Notes: a model not told the origin generated them from the sequence alone. A stretch of 64,000 bases of DNA from an uncultured SAR86 cluster bacterium (GCA_902553315.1 CACDKN010000004.1:6668-70667), one strand, 5' to 3'; shown: positions 46,506 to 56,237, numbered from the stretch's first letter. Numbers and translations: made by a program.

Positions 46506-46511
46506 GAGATT

Positions 46512-47810
46512 TCAAAGAAAAATAAATTTTGAAACAAAAACTAGAGTTAAAAACCAAGCGCCCAAACTAATTTTATTAATTTCGCCATATCCTATTTTTA
46601 ATACGATATAACAAAGAAATCCCAAAGCTATACCGTCTGCTATAGAAAAAGTTAAGGGAATCATAATGATGATAATCAGCGCAGGCAGTAATTCCACCAT
46701 ATTTGACCAGTTTAGTTTCTCCATTCCACTCAGCATCAAAATTGCCACATATAGTAAAGCTCCCGCAGTAGCGCAAGCTGGGACTATAAGAGCGATAGGC
46801 GATAAGAAGATAGATAGTAAAAAGAACAATCCAATAAAAACCGCCGTAAGACCTGTTCGACCACCTGCCTCAACTCCTGCTGAGCTTTCAACGTAACTGG
46901 TTACAGGAGAGCAACCAAAGAAAGCCCCTATAAAACTCATGCTGCTATCAGCTTTAAGAGCTTTATCAAGATTTTCTATATTTCCTGATTCGTCAACTAG
47001 ATTTGCTCGATTAGCTACCCCGAGCAAAGTTCCAGTGGTATCAAATAAATTAACGAAAAGAAATGACATTACGATTGTAATCATGGAAACATCTAGAGCT
47101 CCATAGATATCAAGTTTAAATAGAACTGGATCGATCGAGGGAGGCAAGGAAACAATGCCATTAAACTCAACTATGTTGACTAATAAAGAAATCAACGTCA
47201 CTGCAAGGACACCTATCAAAATAGAGCCTGGTATTTTTCTTACCGCAAGAACTGAAATAATTAGAAACCCCAGTGCAGCTAACAACGTTTCAATGTTCGC
47301 AAGATTTCCAAGTTTCAAGAAAGTCGCCTCGTTACTAATTATAAGGCCACCACTTTTCAGTCCAATGAAACCAATAAACAATCCAACTCCTGCGCCCATT
47401 GCAATTCTTAGATTTAACGGAATGCTATCAATCATCCAACCTCTTAATTTAGTAACACTTATCAAGAAAAATAAAACGCCAGCTAAAAAAACAGATCCTA
47501 GGGCTATCTCCCAAGAATAGCCCATTTCTCCAACTACTGTAAAAGTAAAGAAGGCATTCAAACCCATGCCTGGCGCCAAACCTATTGGCCAATTCGCAAA
47601 CAAACCCATCAAAATACAAGCCAAGGCAGCTGCTAAGCAAGTTCCTACGAATACTGCTCCTTGATCCATGCCGGCTAGTGACATAATTTGAGGATTGACA
47701 AAAATTATATAAGCCATGGTCACAAAAGTTGTGAATCCTGCTAATAATTCTTTTTGGATATTAGTTTCGAATTCTTTAATTTTAAAAAAATTTTCTAAAA
47801 TTGATTTCAT
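46512..47810 (-). CDS. NCS2/AzgA-family purine (adenine/guanine/hypoxanthine) permease
   Basis: 432 aa. The N-terminal FKIKEFETNIQKELLAGFTTFVTMAYIIFVNPQIMSLAGMD signature matches AzgA-like permeases (E. coli PurP/GhxP type). Confidence 0.88.
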   Translation of the reverse strand: MKSILENFFKIKEFETNIQKELLAGFTTFVTMAYIIFVNPQIMSLAGMDQGAVFVGTCLAAALACILMGLFANWPIGLAPGMGLNAFFTFTVVGEMGYSWEIALGSVFLAGVLFFLISVTKLRGWMIDSIPLNLRIAMGAGVGLFIGFIGLKSGGLIISNEATFLKLGNLANIETLLAALGFLIISVLAVRKIPGSILIGVLAVTLISLLVNIVEFNGIVSLPPSIDPVLFKLDIYGALDVSMITIVMSFLFVNLFDTTGTLLGVANRANLVDESGNIENLDKALKADSSMSFIGAFFGCSPVTSYVESSAGVEAGGRTGLTAVFIGLFFLLSIFLSPIALIVPACATAGALLYVAILMLSGMEKLNWSNMVELLPALIIIIMIPLTFSIADGIALGFLCYIVLKIGYGEINKISLGAWFLTLVFVSKFIFL

Positions 47811-47997
47811 AGATCTTATTTAGTGTTCACGTCTTAGTATACACATACACCAAGTTGTAAAAATCATAAAGGTCTGCATCTTTTGTTTTAACTTTGAACA
47901 CTTGAAAACTAAATTTGTGACAAAGTAGGGCAAATTATAAGATTTAGGTAAAAATATTTTTAATTAATGCTACTTTTTCATTATTAGATAATTAAAT

Positions 47998-50343
47998 ATG
48001 GAAAACACTAAATTTATCAAACGCTTTTTTATATCTTTTTTAATTATTACTTCCAGTAATTTTGCTGTTTCCCAAAGTGGGGGTTTTTTAGAGGAAGTAA
48101 TAGTTACTGCAGAAAAAAGATTCGAAGGTCTTCAGGACGTATCTCAAGCTGTTACAGCTTTAACTAGTGATGAAATAGAAGCTAAAAATATTACTTCTAT
48201 GGTGGACTTAAGTGCTATTGTGCCAGGAGTTACCGTTGCAAAAAATGAGGGTTATAAAACTGTAATATCAATTAGAGGAGTAGGCAACGAATCGAACCAA
48301 AACGCTATTGCGGCTCCTTCAGTTGCGTTCCACTTAGATGGGATTTTTATTGCCTCACCTTTTGCCCTTCAAACCGATTTCATCGATATAGATAGAATTG
48401 AAGTTATTAGGGGTCCTCAAGGAACCCTTTTTGGTCAAAACTCTACTGGTGGAGCAATCAATGTGGTTAGTTCGATTCCCTCTTTAACAGAATCATTTAA
48501 CGCTGCTGAATTTACTTTGGGAAATTATGGTCTAAGAAAAGGGAAATTTATTTCGAGTATTCCAGTTTCTGATTCTGTTTCTACTAGAATTTCTTTAACT
48601 TCAACGACAAGAGATGGGTTTTCTTTAAATATTACTAATGGACAAGATCTTGACGATGCTGAAAATTTTGGAATAAGAAATGATTGGTTTGTTGATCTGA
48701 GTGGTGATTCTACTTTTAGATTTTTCGCTCAATATTTTGACGTCAACAGAAATGGTTCGGCCATGAAAGGTATTGATGATACTACTGCGGATATTAGGTA
48801 TCTCTCACAAGATACTTTGTCAACTCAAACGTTAAGCTCATTTATTTCAGCAGGTATTTTTGAGACAGATCTTGATTTTGCTAACTTAAAGATTCTTTTT
48901 AGCTATCAACGAGATGAAATATCAGTTGATAGAGACAACGATAGACATAACTTCGGAGTGGCTGCGTCATCTATACCTGGAGTTTCTGCCTATACAAAAG
49001 CCGAATTTAGACCAGAAACTTCTAAAGTAGACACCAATACCGTTGAGTTTAACTTGGTTTCAAACGAACCTTTGATGGACGGAAAATTAGATTGGACCGT
49101 TGGAATGTTTTATTTAGATCATGAGATAGAAAATCATATAAGAGAATATTTAGACGGTGCCAATGGTGGAACTGTTGATGGATCCTTTGATTATGTTTGT
49201 GGGGAGCCTTTTGCATTGGCTGCACCAAATTGTTACGAAGTAGGCGGCTCTGTAATTCCTTATGCTGCTGAATTTGGATTCATTTCTGATGCTTTTCCTG
49301 TCAGACGTTCTTTATCGGCTTATGGACAAACAACTTACAGTTTCAATGATGACTTGAGACTTATTACAGGTATAAGGTTTAGTAGAGAAAATTTTGCGAC
49401 TAACGTTTCAAATTTCTTTGGTTTTGAGCCTTTCAACGAAGATGAAACTGCTAACGAAAATACCGGAAGAATTACTTTTGAGTATGACGTGCAAGACGAA
49501 ATTATGGTTTATGTTTCTCAAACTAGAGGATTTAAACCAGGTGGAACAAATTTAACTTTTGGTTTTAAAACTCGTGCGGAATTAGATTCTGCCTTTAGAC
49601 AAAGTTCGCAATTAGCACCTACACTTGTAGAAAAAATATTTCTACCCGAAATTGTGGATTCGACAGAAATTGGTTTGAAAGCTGACTTCCTTGACGGAAA
49701 AGCCAGAGCGAATTTAGCTTTGTTTAATTACAATTATGAAAATCTCCAATTACAAGGAACAGATCCAGATGTATTCAGAGGTGGGGTTGTTAACATTCCT
49801 GAATCTGAAGTAGAAGGGATAGAGTTAGAATTCACTGCCCTATTAACTGATTCTCTCACTCTCGATGCTAATTTAGGGTATTTAGATACTGAGATTACTT
49901 CGTCTTTTGTATATTTAGACAATGTTCTTGCACAACAACATTATTTTGGTGCTGAGCTCGCTAGATACGCTCTTAGAGAGGACATTAAAGGCAATGAATT
50001 AGCAAAAGCGCCTGATTTAAACATTGATGTAAGTTTAAACTATGCTACTACTCTACCTAACGGAAATGGCCTTACCTCGGTTTTACAGTTTGTAAAACGT
50101 GGTGAATTTTTTCAAAGAGTTGCTAATAGGCCAGCTCAGGATGCTATTCCAGCTTACGAAATTGTTAATTTAAGTATAGGGCTTGAATTTTCAGATAACT
50201 CCAGCGTAGATTTCATATTCACTAATCTTACCGATAAAGACGGAATTAATTCAAGTATGACTGACGTATTTGGGGTTGCTGGGACAGGTATAGAATTAAT
50301 CCCGCCAAGACAATTAATGACTCGTTACAGTATAGATTTCTAA
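47998..50343 (+). CDS. TonB-dependent receptor
   Basis: 781 aa. Signal peptide, plug (EEVIVTAEKR, IEVIRGPQGTLFGQNSTGGAINV), and a barrel ending ...RQLMTRYSIDF (terminal Phe). Confidence 0.9.
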   Translation: MENTKFIKRFFISFLIITSSNFAVSQSGGFLEEVIVTAEKRFEGLQDVSQAVTALTSDEIEAKNITSMVDLSAIVPGVTVAKNEGYKTVISIRGVGNESNQNAIAAPSVAFHLDGIFIASPFALQTDFIDIDRIEVIRGPQGTLFGQNSTGGAINVVSSIPSLTESFNAAEFTLGNYGLRKGKFISSIPVSDSVSTRISLTSTTRDGFSLNITNGQDLDDAENFGIRNDWFVDLSGDSTFRFFAQYFDVNRNGSAMKGIDDTTADIRYLSQDTLSTQTLSSFISAGIFETDLDFANLKILFSYQRDEISVDRDNDRHNFGVAASSIPGVSAYTKAEFRPETSKVDTNTVEFNLVSNEPLMDGKLDWTVGMFYLDHEIENHIREYLDGANGGTVDGSFDYVCGEPFALAAPNCYEVGGSVIPYAAEFGFISDAFPVRRSLSAYGQTTYSFNDDLRLITGIRFSRENFATNVSNFFGFEPFNEDETANENTGRITFEYDVQDEIMVYVSQTRGFKPGGTNLTFGFKTRAELDSAFRQSSQLAPTLVEKIFLPEIVDSTEIGLKADFLDGKARANLALFNYNYENLQLQGTDPDVFRGGVVNIPESEVEGIELEFTALLTDSLTLDANLGYLDTEITSSFVYLDNVLAQQHYFGAELARYALREDIKGNELAKAPDLNIDVSLNYATTLPNGNGLTSVLQFVKRGEFFQRVANRPAQDAIPAYEIVNLSIGLEFSDNSSVDFIFTNLTDKDGINSSMTDVFGVAGTGIELIPPRQLMTRYSIDF

Positions 50344-50406
50344 TCTATACTGTTCTCGAGTATTTTTGATTGCAAAACTTTTTGTATCAATGTAAAACCT
50401 TAGCCC

Positions 50407-50973
50407 ATGGAAAAATATTTCATCGGAGCTGACCAACTTCTAGAAGACTCTTTTAATTTAGCTTGGAATATTTATGAGAGCGGGTACAAACCAAATTATA
50501 TTGTAGGAGTTTGGCGAGGAGGTGCGCCAGTTGGAATTGCTGTTCAAGAATTTCTAAAAGTCTTAAAAATAGATTCTGATCACATTGCTATCAGAACCTC
50601 TTATTACAGCGGGATAAATAAAAGAAAAAAGAAAGTTAGAGTTTATGGATTGAATTATGTTACGAAAAAATTCGAATCGGATGACAGATTATTAATTGTT
50701 GATGATGTTCATGACACAGGAAATTCAATCAAACAGATAATTTTAGATATCAACAAAACTTGTAAAAAGAATACTCCCGAAATAAAGGTAGCAACGCCTT
50801 ATTTTAAGCCAGATAAAAATGAAACTGACTTAAAACCAGATTTTTACATTCATAAAACCAATAAATGGCTTATTTTTCCTCACGAGTTGCAGGGACTCGA
50901 ATTCAAAGAAATTTTGGAAAACAAACCACAATTAAAAGATTTATCTTCAAAAATTAAGCCGCTGATTAAATGA
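50407..50973 (+). CDS. Phosphoribosyltransferase (purine PRT-like, Gpt/Xpt-type fold)
   Basis: 188 aa. PRPP-binding motif LLIVDDVHDTGNS, and VGVWRGGAPVG upstream. Confidence 0.75.
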   Translation: MEKYFIGADQLLEDSFNLAWNIYESGYKPNYIVGVWRGGAPVGIAVQEFLKVLKIDSDHIAIRTSYYSGINKRKKKVRVYGLNYVTKKFESDDRLLIVDDVHDTGNSIKQIILDINKTCKKNTPEIKVATPYFKPDKNETDLKPDFYIHKTNKWLIFPHELQGLEFKEILENKPQLKDLSSKIKPLIK

Positions 50974-52268
50974 AAGAGCTAATGAATTCGATTAGAATTT
51001 TTTTAATTTATCGTTTCTATAATTTAGGTGTAATCTTTGAACGAATTTCAAACAAAGGTTTTGCATTAGATATTTTTTCTTCTTCGTTTCAAAATAATCC
51101 ATACAAGACATATTCAAAGATGAGGTCAATAAATCCCATCTACCACTCAAAACCTACTTTCCTTAGATGGGTCACTAAAATGGACCTTGTTCAGGAAATG
51201 ATAAGAGACGAGCGATTCAGTGTAGATGATAGAAAATTTCCAATAGCAAAATTAAGAAGAAACGAGTTGAGAAGGGATGGTAGAGATATTATGTTGGATC
51301 AGTTTGAGAATCCAAGCATTTTAAAACTTGATCCGCCAGACCATTCAAGGATAAGAAAACTTGTTTCTTATGGGTTTACTAATAGATACATAAAATCTTT
51401 AGAAACTGAAATTAACGACACCATTAATCAATGTTTAGATAAAACTCATTACTTAGATAGGTTTGATTTAATGAATGTATTAGCTAAGCCTCTACCAGCA
51501 ATTGTTATTGCCAAAATGATGGGCCTCCCTGATTCAGATCTTAATCAGTTTCAAATATGGTCTGAAAATCTTTTAAAAGAAGTTGGCGGTATTGGTTCTT
51601 CGGTAAAAAAAAGAAAGCTAGCAAGAGATGCTTATGAGGATTTAATTCGATATTTTGAAAAAATAATTTTAGAACGCAAAGACAATCCAGGTGATGATTT
51701 TATTGGAAAATTAATACTCGCAGAAGAAGAAGGAGATAAGTTAAATGTAAAGGAAATGTATGGCACTTGTCTGCTTTTATTAATAGCAGGACATGAAACA
51801 ACCACTAGATTAGTAGGTAATGGATTGTTTGCACTATTGAATCATCCTGATCAATTTGATCTTTTAAAGCAAGATCATTCCAAAATACCTAACGCCATAG
51901 AAGAAATGCTTAGATATGAGCCGCCTGTGCACGCTACAGTTAGATTTGCCAACGAAAATATGACTTATAGAAACAGAGATTATAAAAGGGGTACGCCTTT
52001 TGCGATAAGTATTGCTGGAGCAAATAGAGATCCTGAAGCCAATCAGGATCCGGACTCCTTTAATATCCTTAGAGAAAATATTAAACACGTTTCATTTGGT
52101 TATGGACCGCACATGTGTATTGGTGCAAATTTAGCAAGAATCGAAACAAGACTTGTGTTTGAAAGATTGTTAGAAAGGTTCCCTAATATGAAGCTTGGCG
52201 ATAAGAACCCTGAATGGCAAAAGAATTTCATATTTAGAGGGTTTGAAAACTTAGAACTTAAAGTTTAA
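50970..52268 (+). CDS. Cytochrome P450
   Basis: 432 aa. I-helix AGHETT, ExxR (EEMLRYEPP), and the heme-thiolate loop FGYGPHMCIGANLAR. ATGA overlap with the phosphoribosyltransferase gene. Confidence 0.93.
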   Translation: MKELMNSIRIFLIYRFYNLGVIFERISNKGFALDIFSSSFQNNPYKTYSKMRSINPIYHSKPTFLRWVTKMDLVQEMIRDERFSVDDRKFPIAKLRRNELRRDGRDIMLDQFENPSILKLDPPDHSRIRKLVSYGFTNRYIKSLETEINDTINQCLDKTHYLDRFDLMNVLAKPLPAIVIAKMMGLPDSDLNQFQIWSENLLKEVGGIGSSVKKRKLARDAYEDLIRYFEKIILERKDNPGDDFIGKLILAEEEGDKLNVKEMYGTCLLLLIAGHETTTRLVGNGLFALLNHPDQFDLLKQDHSKIPNAIEEMLRYEPPVHATVRFANENMTYRNRDYKRGTPFAISIAGANRDPEANQDPDSFNILRENIKHVSFGYGPHMCIGANLARIETRLVFERLLERFPNMKLGDKNPEWQKNFIFRGFENLELKV

Positions 52269-52272
52269 AAAG

Positions 52273-52590
52273 ATGTTAAAACTTTTCTTAGGGATATTCG
52301 GAGGCATCTTTACGATAATCTCCATTTTAATAAGTATTTTTGTTCCTGTAAGTTTTCTAAAACCTAATTCAACTTTTTTTGATTTTGTCTTAACTCTGTT
52401 TTTTGCTTATTTTACCTATCTATGTATCAGGGTGTTAAAGACTACTGATCGTACAAAACCATTTCCTGGAATGATTTTTCATTATGATTCACAAAAATAT
52501 TATTTTTCAAAACGATGGTTTGCTTCAATTGGAACTTTATTTTTTGGTTTATCTACATTATTTAAAGTTCAAAGTTTTATCGTTCTATGA
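52273..52590 (+). CDS. Hypothetical membrane protein
   Basis: 105 aa with three hydrophobic segments. Starts 4 nt after the P450 stop. Confidence 0.5.
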   Translation: MLKLFLGIFGGIFTIISILISIFVPVSFLKPNSTFFDFVLTLFFAYFTYLCIRVLKTTDRTKPFPGMIFHYDSQKYYFSKRWFASIGTLFFGLSTLFKVQSFIVL

Positions 52591-52766
52591 GTAGCTTTTT
52601 AATTTTCTTGTCATTTTGGGTAATGTGGAGTTTGATAAGCTATTTCATAATTCAAGTGTATTCAGAATCTAGAATTAATATTGCAGACAGAAATTTTTAT
52701 TATGAAATCATAGGATCGATTGGATTTGGATTGTTAGTAAATTCTATTCTTTTTGTTTTATATTAA
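52587..52766 (+). CDS. Hypothetical small 2-TM protein (59 aa; below the ORF-track cutoff)
   Basis: My translation is MSSFLIFLSFWVMWSLISYFIIQVYSESRINIADRNFYYEIIGSIGFGLLVNSILFVLY. ATGA overlap with the preceding ORF. Confidence 0.4.
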   Translation: MSSFLIFLSFWVMWSLISYFIIQVYSESRINIADRNFYYEIIGSIGFGLLVNSILFVLY

Positions 52767-52775
52767 AATCTTATT

Positions 52776-52898
52776 ATGAGATATCTAATGATTGGCCTTT
52801 TTACTTTTTTTCTTGTAGGTTCTTTATACATTTATTACTCTGCTCAACATGAGATGCTTGAAGCCGTCGGTTTAGAAATGGGTGGTCACGATCATTAA
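52776..52898 (+). CDS. Hypothetical 40-aa single-TM peptide with a C-terminal GGHDH tail
   Basis: My translation is MRYLMIGLFTFFLVGSLYIYYSAQHEMLEAVGLEMGGHDH. It ends 5 nt before the hflX start. Confidence 0.3.
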   Translation: MRYLMIGLFTFFLVGSLYIYYSAQHEMLEAVGLEMGGHDH

Positions 52899-52903
52899 AC
52901 ATT

Positions 52904-54196
52904 ATGAATGAATCAAAATCTTTGAACGAAGTAATAATAGTAAATTCTTCATTGGGTAATTTAATAAACATTAATGCAAATGAAATATTTTCAGAATTTA
53001 AAGAATTAGTTTCTTCAACTAATGCAGAGATAATTGATGAATTTAATTTTCATCAAAAAACTATTAACGCAAAGTATTTTATTGGAAAGGGAAAACTGGA
53101 AGAAATTAAAAATACTTTAATTCAGCATAATTGTTCTTTAGTTATCTTCAATCATGACTTATCTCCTTCTCAAGAACGTAACATTGAAAGTTTTCTGAAT
53201 TCAAGAGTATTGGATAGAACGGGTTTAATTTTAGATATTTTTGCACGCAGAGCTTCTAGCCATATTGGGAAAATGCAGGTTGAATTAGCTCAATTATCAC
53301 ACCTTTCAACGAGATTGGTTAGAGGCTGGAGTCATTTGGAAAGACAAAAGGGGGGTATTGGACTTAGAGGCCCAGGAGAAACACAGTTAGAAACAGACCG
53401 TCGACTTGTTTCAAATCGAATAAAAAGTATAAAAAAAAGGCTGATAAAAAGTCATCAACAGAAAAACTTGAACAGATACTCCAGGAAAAAGGGCAGAAAC
53501 CATATCGTTGGAATTGTTGGTTACACAAATGCTGGAAAAACTACACTTTTTAACCAATTAACTGGCTCTAACGAATTTGAAGCAGATAAGATGTTTGCAA
53601 CATTAGATACCGTTACAAGAAAAAATCTTACTCCTGGATCTGAGTCCATAATTTATATTGACACGGTGGGTTTTATTTCTGATTTACCAACTTATTTGAT
53701 TGAATCCTTTAAAGCTACGCTAGACGATTTAAAATCTGCAGATCTTTTGCTTCATGTAGTCGATATAAATGACAGAGCTTTTGAAAATAAGGTTTTTGAG
53801 GTGAATAAAATTCTAGTTGATATTGGTGCTGAAGATATTCCTCAAATATTTGTTAAAAATAAAGTAGATTTGGCAAAAAATATAGATTTCGAAATTAACA
53901 ATGTAGTGAATTCAGTAAATGTGTCTGCTAAGGAAGGCATTGGCATTGAATTATTAAAAGACCTAGTTTCTAATCATGCAAATAGAGGATTATTTAAAGG
54001 AAAACTTTTCATCAACTTTAAAAATCCAAACATAAGAGCCAAATGCTACAAAACAGCCAAAATTATCAAAGAAATTTCTACAAATACTGGTTGGGAGATT
54101 GAATTAATTATAGGTAATTATGATCTCAAGAAACTATTAAATAGCGATGATATAAAAATCATTAATTCTGAAGAATATTTACAAGAAAAATTATAA
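52904..54196 (+). CDS. hflX: GTPase HflX
   Basis: 430 aa. HflX N-domain (LDRTGLILDIFARRA, LAQLSHL, GGIGLRGPGETQLETDRR) and G domain (GYTNAGKTTLFN, DTVGF, NKVD). Confidence 0.94.
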   Translation: MNESKSLNEVIIVNSSLGNLININANEIFSEFKELVSSTNAEIIDEFNFHQKTINAKYFIGKGKLEEIKNTLIQHNCSLVIFNHDLSPSQERNIESFLNSRVLDRTGLILDIFARRASSHIGKMQVELAQLSHLSTRLVRGWSHLERQKGGIGLRGPGETQLETDRRLVSNRIKSIKKRLIKSHQQKNLNRYSRKKGRNHIVGIVGYTNAGKTTLFNQLTGSNEFEADKMFATLDTVTRKNLTPGSESIIYIDTVGFISDLPTYLIESFKATLDDLKSADLLLHVVDINDRAFENKVFEVNKILVDIGAEDIPQIFVKNKVDLAKNIDFEINNVVNSVNVSAKEGIGIELLKDLVSNHANRGLFKGKLFINFKNPNIRAKCYKTAKIIKEISTNTGWEIELIIGNYDLKKLLNSDDIKIINSEEYLQEKL

Positions 54197-54205
54197 AATT
54201 TATTA

Positions 54206-55099
54206 ATGGCTTCTTTAAAACATTTAAATTCCGATTGTTCTATAGACGAAGTTTTGTCTTTATTAGAAAGTGATGCAGGACTAATTATCGATAATTTAAT
54301 GACTTCAGAAGAAATTGACAAACTCAATTCCGAATTAAGTCCTTATTTAGAGACCGATTCTTATGGCAGAGATGATTTTACTGGGTTCAAAACCAAAAGA
54401 ATTGGTGCATTAATTGCAAGATCAGATTCTTGTAGAAAATTAGCTTTAAATGAAAAAATTAATAAAGTCTCGAAAGAATATTTAGATCCGTTTGGAGATG
54501 GCTATCAACTTCATTTTACTTCTGCTGTTTGTATTGGCCCAGGAGAATCAAAGCAAATCTTACATCGAGACAGAGGAATATGGGGAGGCTATTTGCCCAG
54601 AAAAGTAGAACCTCTTATGAGCACCATTTGGGCTGTTACAGACTTTACGAGAGAAAATGGTGCTACTCAAATAGTTCCTGGCTCACATAAATGGGATAAA
54701 GACCGATTGCCAAATGAAGATGAGATAGCTTATGCTGAAATGACTGCTGGATCTGTTTTACTTTACACCGGGACTGTTCTTCATGGAGGTGGAGAAAATA
54801 TTACCTCTAGTGAAGCAAGAACCGGAGTATTTTTGCACTATGCCCTAAATTGGCTGAGACAAGAAGAAAATCAATATTTGTCATGTCCACCAGAGATTGC
54901 AAAAAATTTGTCTCCCGAAATAAGGTCTCTGATTGGCTATTCAAAAGGAGGTTTCGTGTTAGGTTTTTATTCAGATCCTAACGATAAAAGTGCTGTTTAT
55001 GAATCTGTTTCTCCTGAAAATATGTTTGAGGCTGAAGTAGATGACGACTTTAGCTTACTACCAAATCCCGAAGAATTAGTTTCTAAATCAAATAAATAA
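54206..55099 (+). CDS. Phytanoyl-CoA dioxygenase (PhyH) family Fe(II)/2OG oxygenase
   Basis: 297 aa. HRDRG (HxD), a distal VLHGGGEN His, and overall PhyH-like length and pattern. Confidence 0.75.
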   Translation: MASLKHLNSDCSIDEVLSLLESDAGLIIDNLMTSEEIDKLNSELSPYLETDSYGRDDFTGFKTKRIGALIARSDSCRKLALNEKINKVSKEYLDPFGDGYQLHFTSAVCIGPGESKQILHRDRGIWGGYLPRKVEPLMSTIWAVTDFTRENGATQIVPGSHKWDKDRLPNEDEIAYAEMTAGSVLLYTGTVLHGGGENITSSEARTGVFLHYALNWLRQEENQYLSCPPEIAKNLSPEIRSLIGYSKGGFVLGFYSDPNDKSAVYESVSPENMFEAEVDDDFSLLPNPEELVSKSNK

Positions 55100-55103
55100 A
55101 TTC

Positions 55104-55298
55104 ATGCTTATCGAATTATTTGTTACAGCTTCTATTTCTCTCTTGTTGGCATTAATTTCTTTTTTGGTTCATGGAAGAATGACTTCTTATAATTTAGCTA
55201 TAAGAACATTATCATTTTTAGTAGTTGTCTCTACTTTGTGGTGGACCTTTGGACTAAGTATTGTTTTTGAAGGGAATTCTGTAATGTTGAAATTCTAG
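55104..55298 (+). CDS. Hypothetical small 2-TM protein
   Basis: 64 aa with two hydrophobic helices. Tightly follows the PhyH gene. Confidence 0.45.
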   Translation: MLIELFVTASISLLLALISFLVHGRMTSYNLAIRTLSFLVVVSTLWWTFGLSIVFEGNSVMLKF

Positions 55299-55299
55299 A

Positions 55300-55470
55300 A
55301 TGTATTTTATTAATTGGATTATTTTATCGGTTATTTACTATTTTGTTTTGAGACTTTATTTAAGTTCTAAGTATTACAAAGGGAGTAGAAGTAATATTCA
55401 AGAAGTTCTTTTAGCGATTGTATTTGGTTCAATTACTTCTACATTTATTATTTATGGATTCAATGTTTGA
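55300..55470 (+). CDS. Hypothetical small 2-TM protein (56 aa; below the ORF-track cutoff)
   Basis: My translation is MYFINWIILSVIYYFVLRLYLSSKYYKGSRSNIQEVLLAIVFGSITSTFIIYGFNV. The loop/helix-2 pattern (SRxNI ... GSI) resembles the 59-aa ORF at 52587. Confidence 0.35.
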   Translation: MYFINWIILSVIYYFVLRLYLSSKYYKGSRSNIQEVLLAIVFGSITSTFIIYGFNV

Positions 55471-55475
55471 TAAAT

Positions 55476-56201
55476 ATGCTCAAAGAGTTTCTTAGTAATT
55501 CTGTTTATCCGGTTTTTTTTACTGGAGCAGGCATCAGCACCAATTCAGGAATACCCGATTTTCGAGGTCCTAAAGGATTTTGGAAAAACAATACACCAAT
55601 TTATTTTCAGGATTTTATCGATTCAAAAAATTCTAGAATAAAGTATTGGGAACAAAGCATTAACTTTAAAAGCAGTTTTGGTTCTTTCAAACCCAACGAG
55701 GGTCATTACGCAATCAGTAAAATTATACAAATGAAAGGTCAAGGCCATTGCATTACACAAAACGTTGATAATTTACATCAAGCTGGGGGGTTAGCAGGTG
55801 AAAATGTAACGGAAATTCATGGTAATGCAACTTATGCAGTGTGCCTTGAATGCAAAGATAAATCTCAATTAGAAGAAATTCATCAAAGTTTTAAAAAAAA
55901 TTTTGAACCGCCCCTATGTAAAAAATGTGGAGGTTTTATAAAAACAGCTACAATTTCTTTCGGCCAGCCAATGCCTCTGATCGAAATGCAAAGGGCTCAA
56001 GAGGAAGCCTTTAAAGCGGATCTCTTCGTTGTGGTGGGTTCTTCGCTTGTGGTTTACCCAGCCGCATCACTTCCCTTGATTGCTAAGGAAAATGGAGCTA
56101 AGTTCGTCATCATAAACAATGAAGAAACTGATTTTGATGATCTAGCAGATTTAGTTATAAATGATGACATTTCAAAAGTATTGAACGAAGCGCTAAATTG
56201 A
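55476..56201 (+). CDS. cobB: NAD-dependent protein deacylase (Sir2 family)
   Basis: FFTGAGISTNSGIPDFRGPKGFW, QNVDNLH, HGN, and a Zn ribbon CLEC...CKKCGG. The track starts at TTG 55467; I prefer the ATG at 55476. Confidence 0.9.
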   Translation: MLKEFLSNSVYPVFFTGAGISTNSGIPDFRGPKGFWKNNTPIYFQDFIDSKNSRIKYWEQSINFKSSFGSFKPNEGHYAISKIIQMKGQGHCITQNVDNLHQAGGLAGENVTEIHGNATYAVCLECKDKSQLEEIHQSFKKNFEPPLCKKCGGFIKTATISFGQPMPLIEMQRAQEEAFKADLFVVVGSSLVVYPAASLPLIAKENGAKFVIINNEETDFDDLADLVINDDISKVLNEALN

Positions 56202-56237
56202 TAAGGATTTAAAGCTTTAGCTTCCTTTTAAAAGAAA

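Noticed and set aside
47979-47993. A Fur-box-like CATTATTAGATAATT just upstream of the 781-aa TonB receptor.
   Set aside because: This is only a partial hexamer match in a very AT-rich spacer. It lies over the expected RBS, 5-19 nt before the ATG, rather than over a promoter. It cannot be distinguished from background without a PWM scan.
47811-47997. A purine riboswitch in the 5' leader of the AzgA-type purine permease.
   Set aside because: The minus-strand reading of the spacer lacks the conserved purine-riboswitch junction and loop elements (UAUNNG...UUUCUACC...CCGUAAA-type), and no three-way junction can be drawn.
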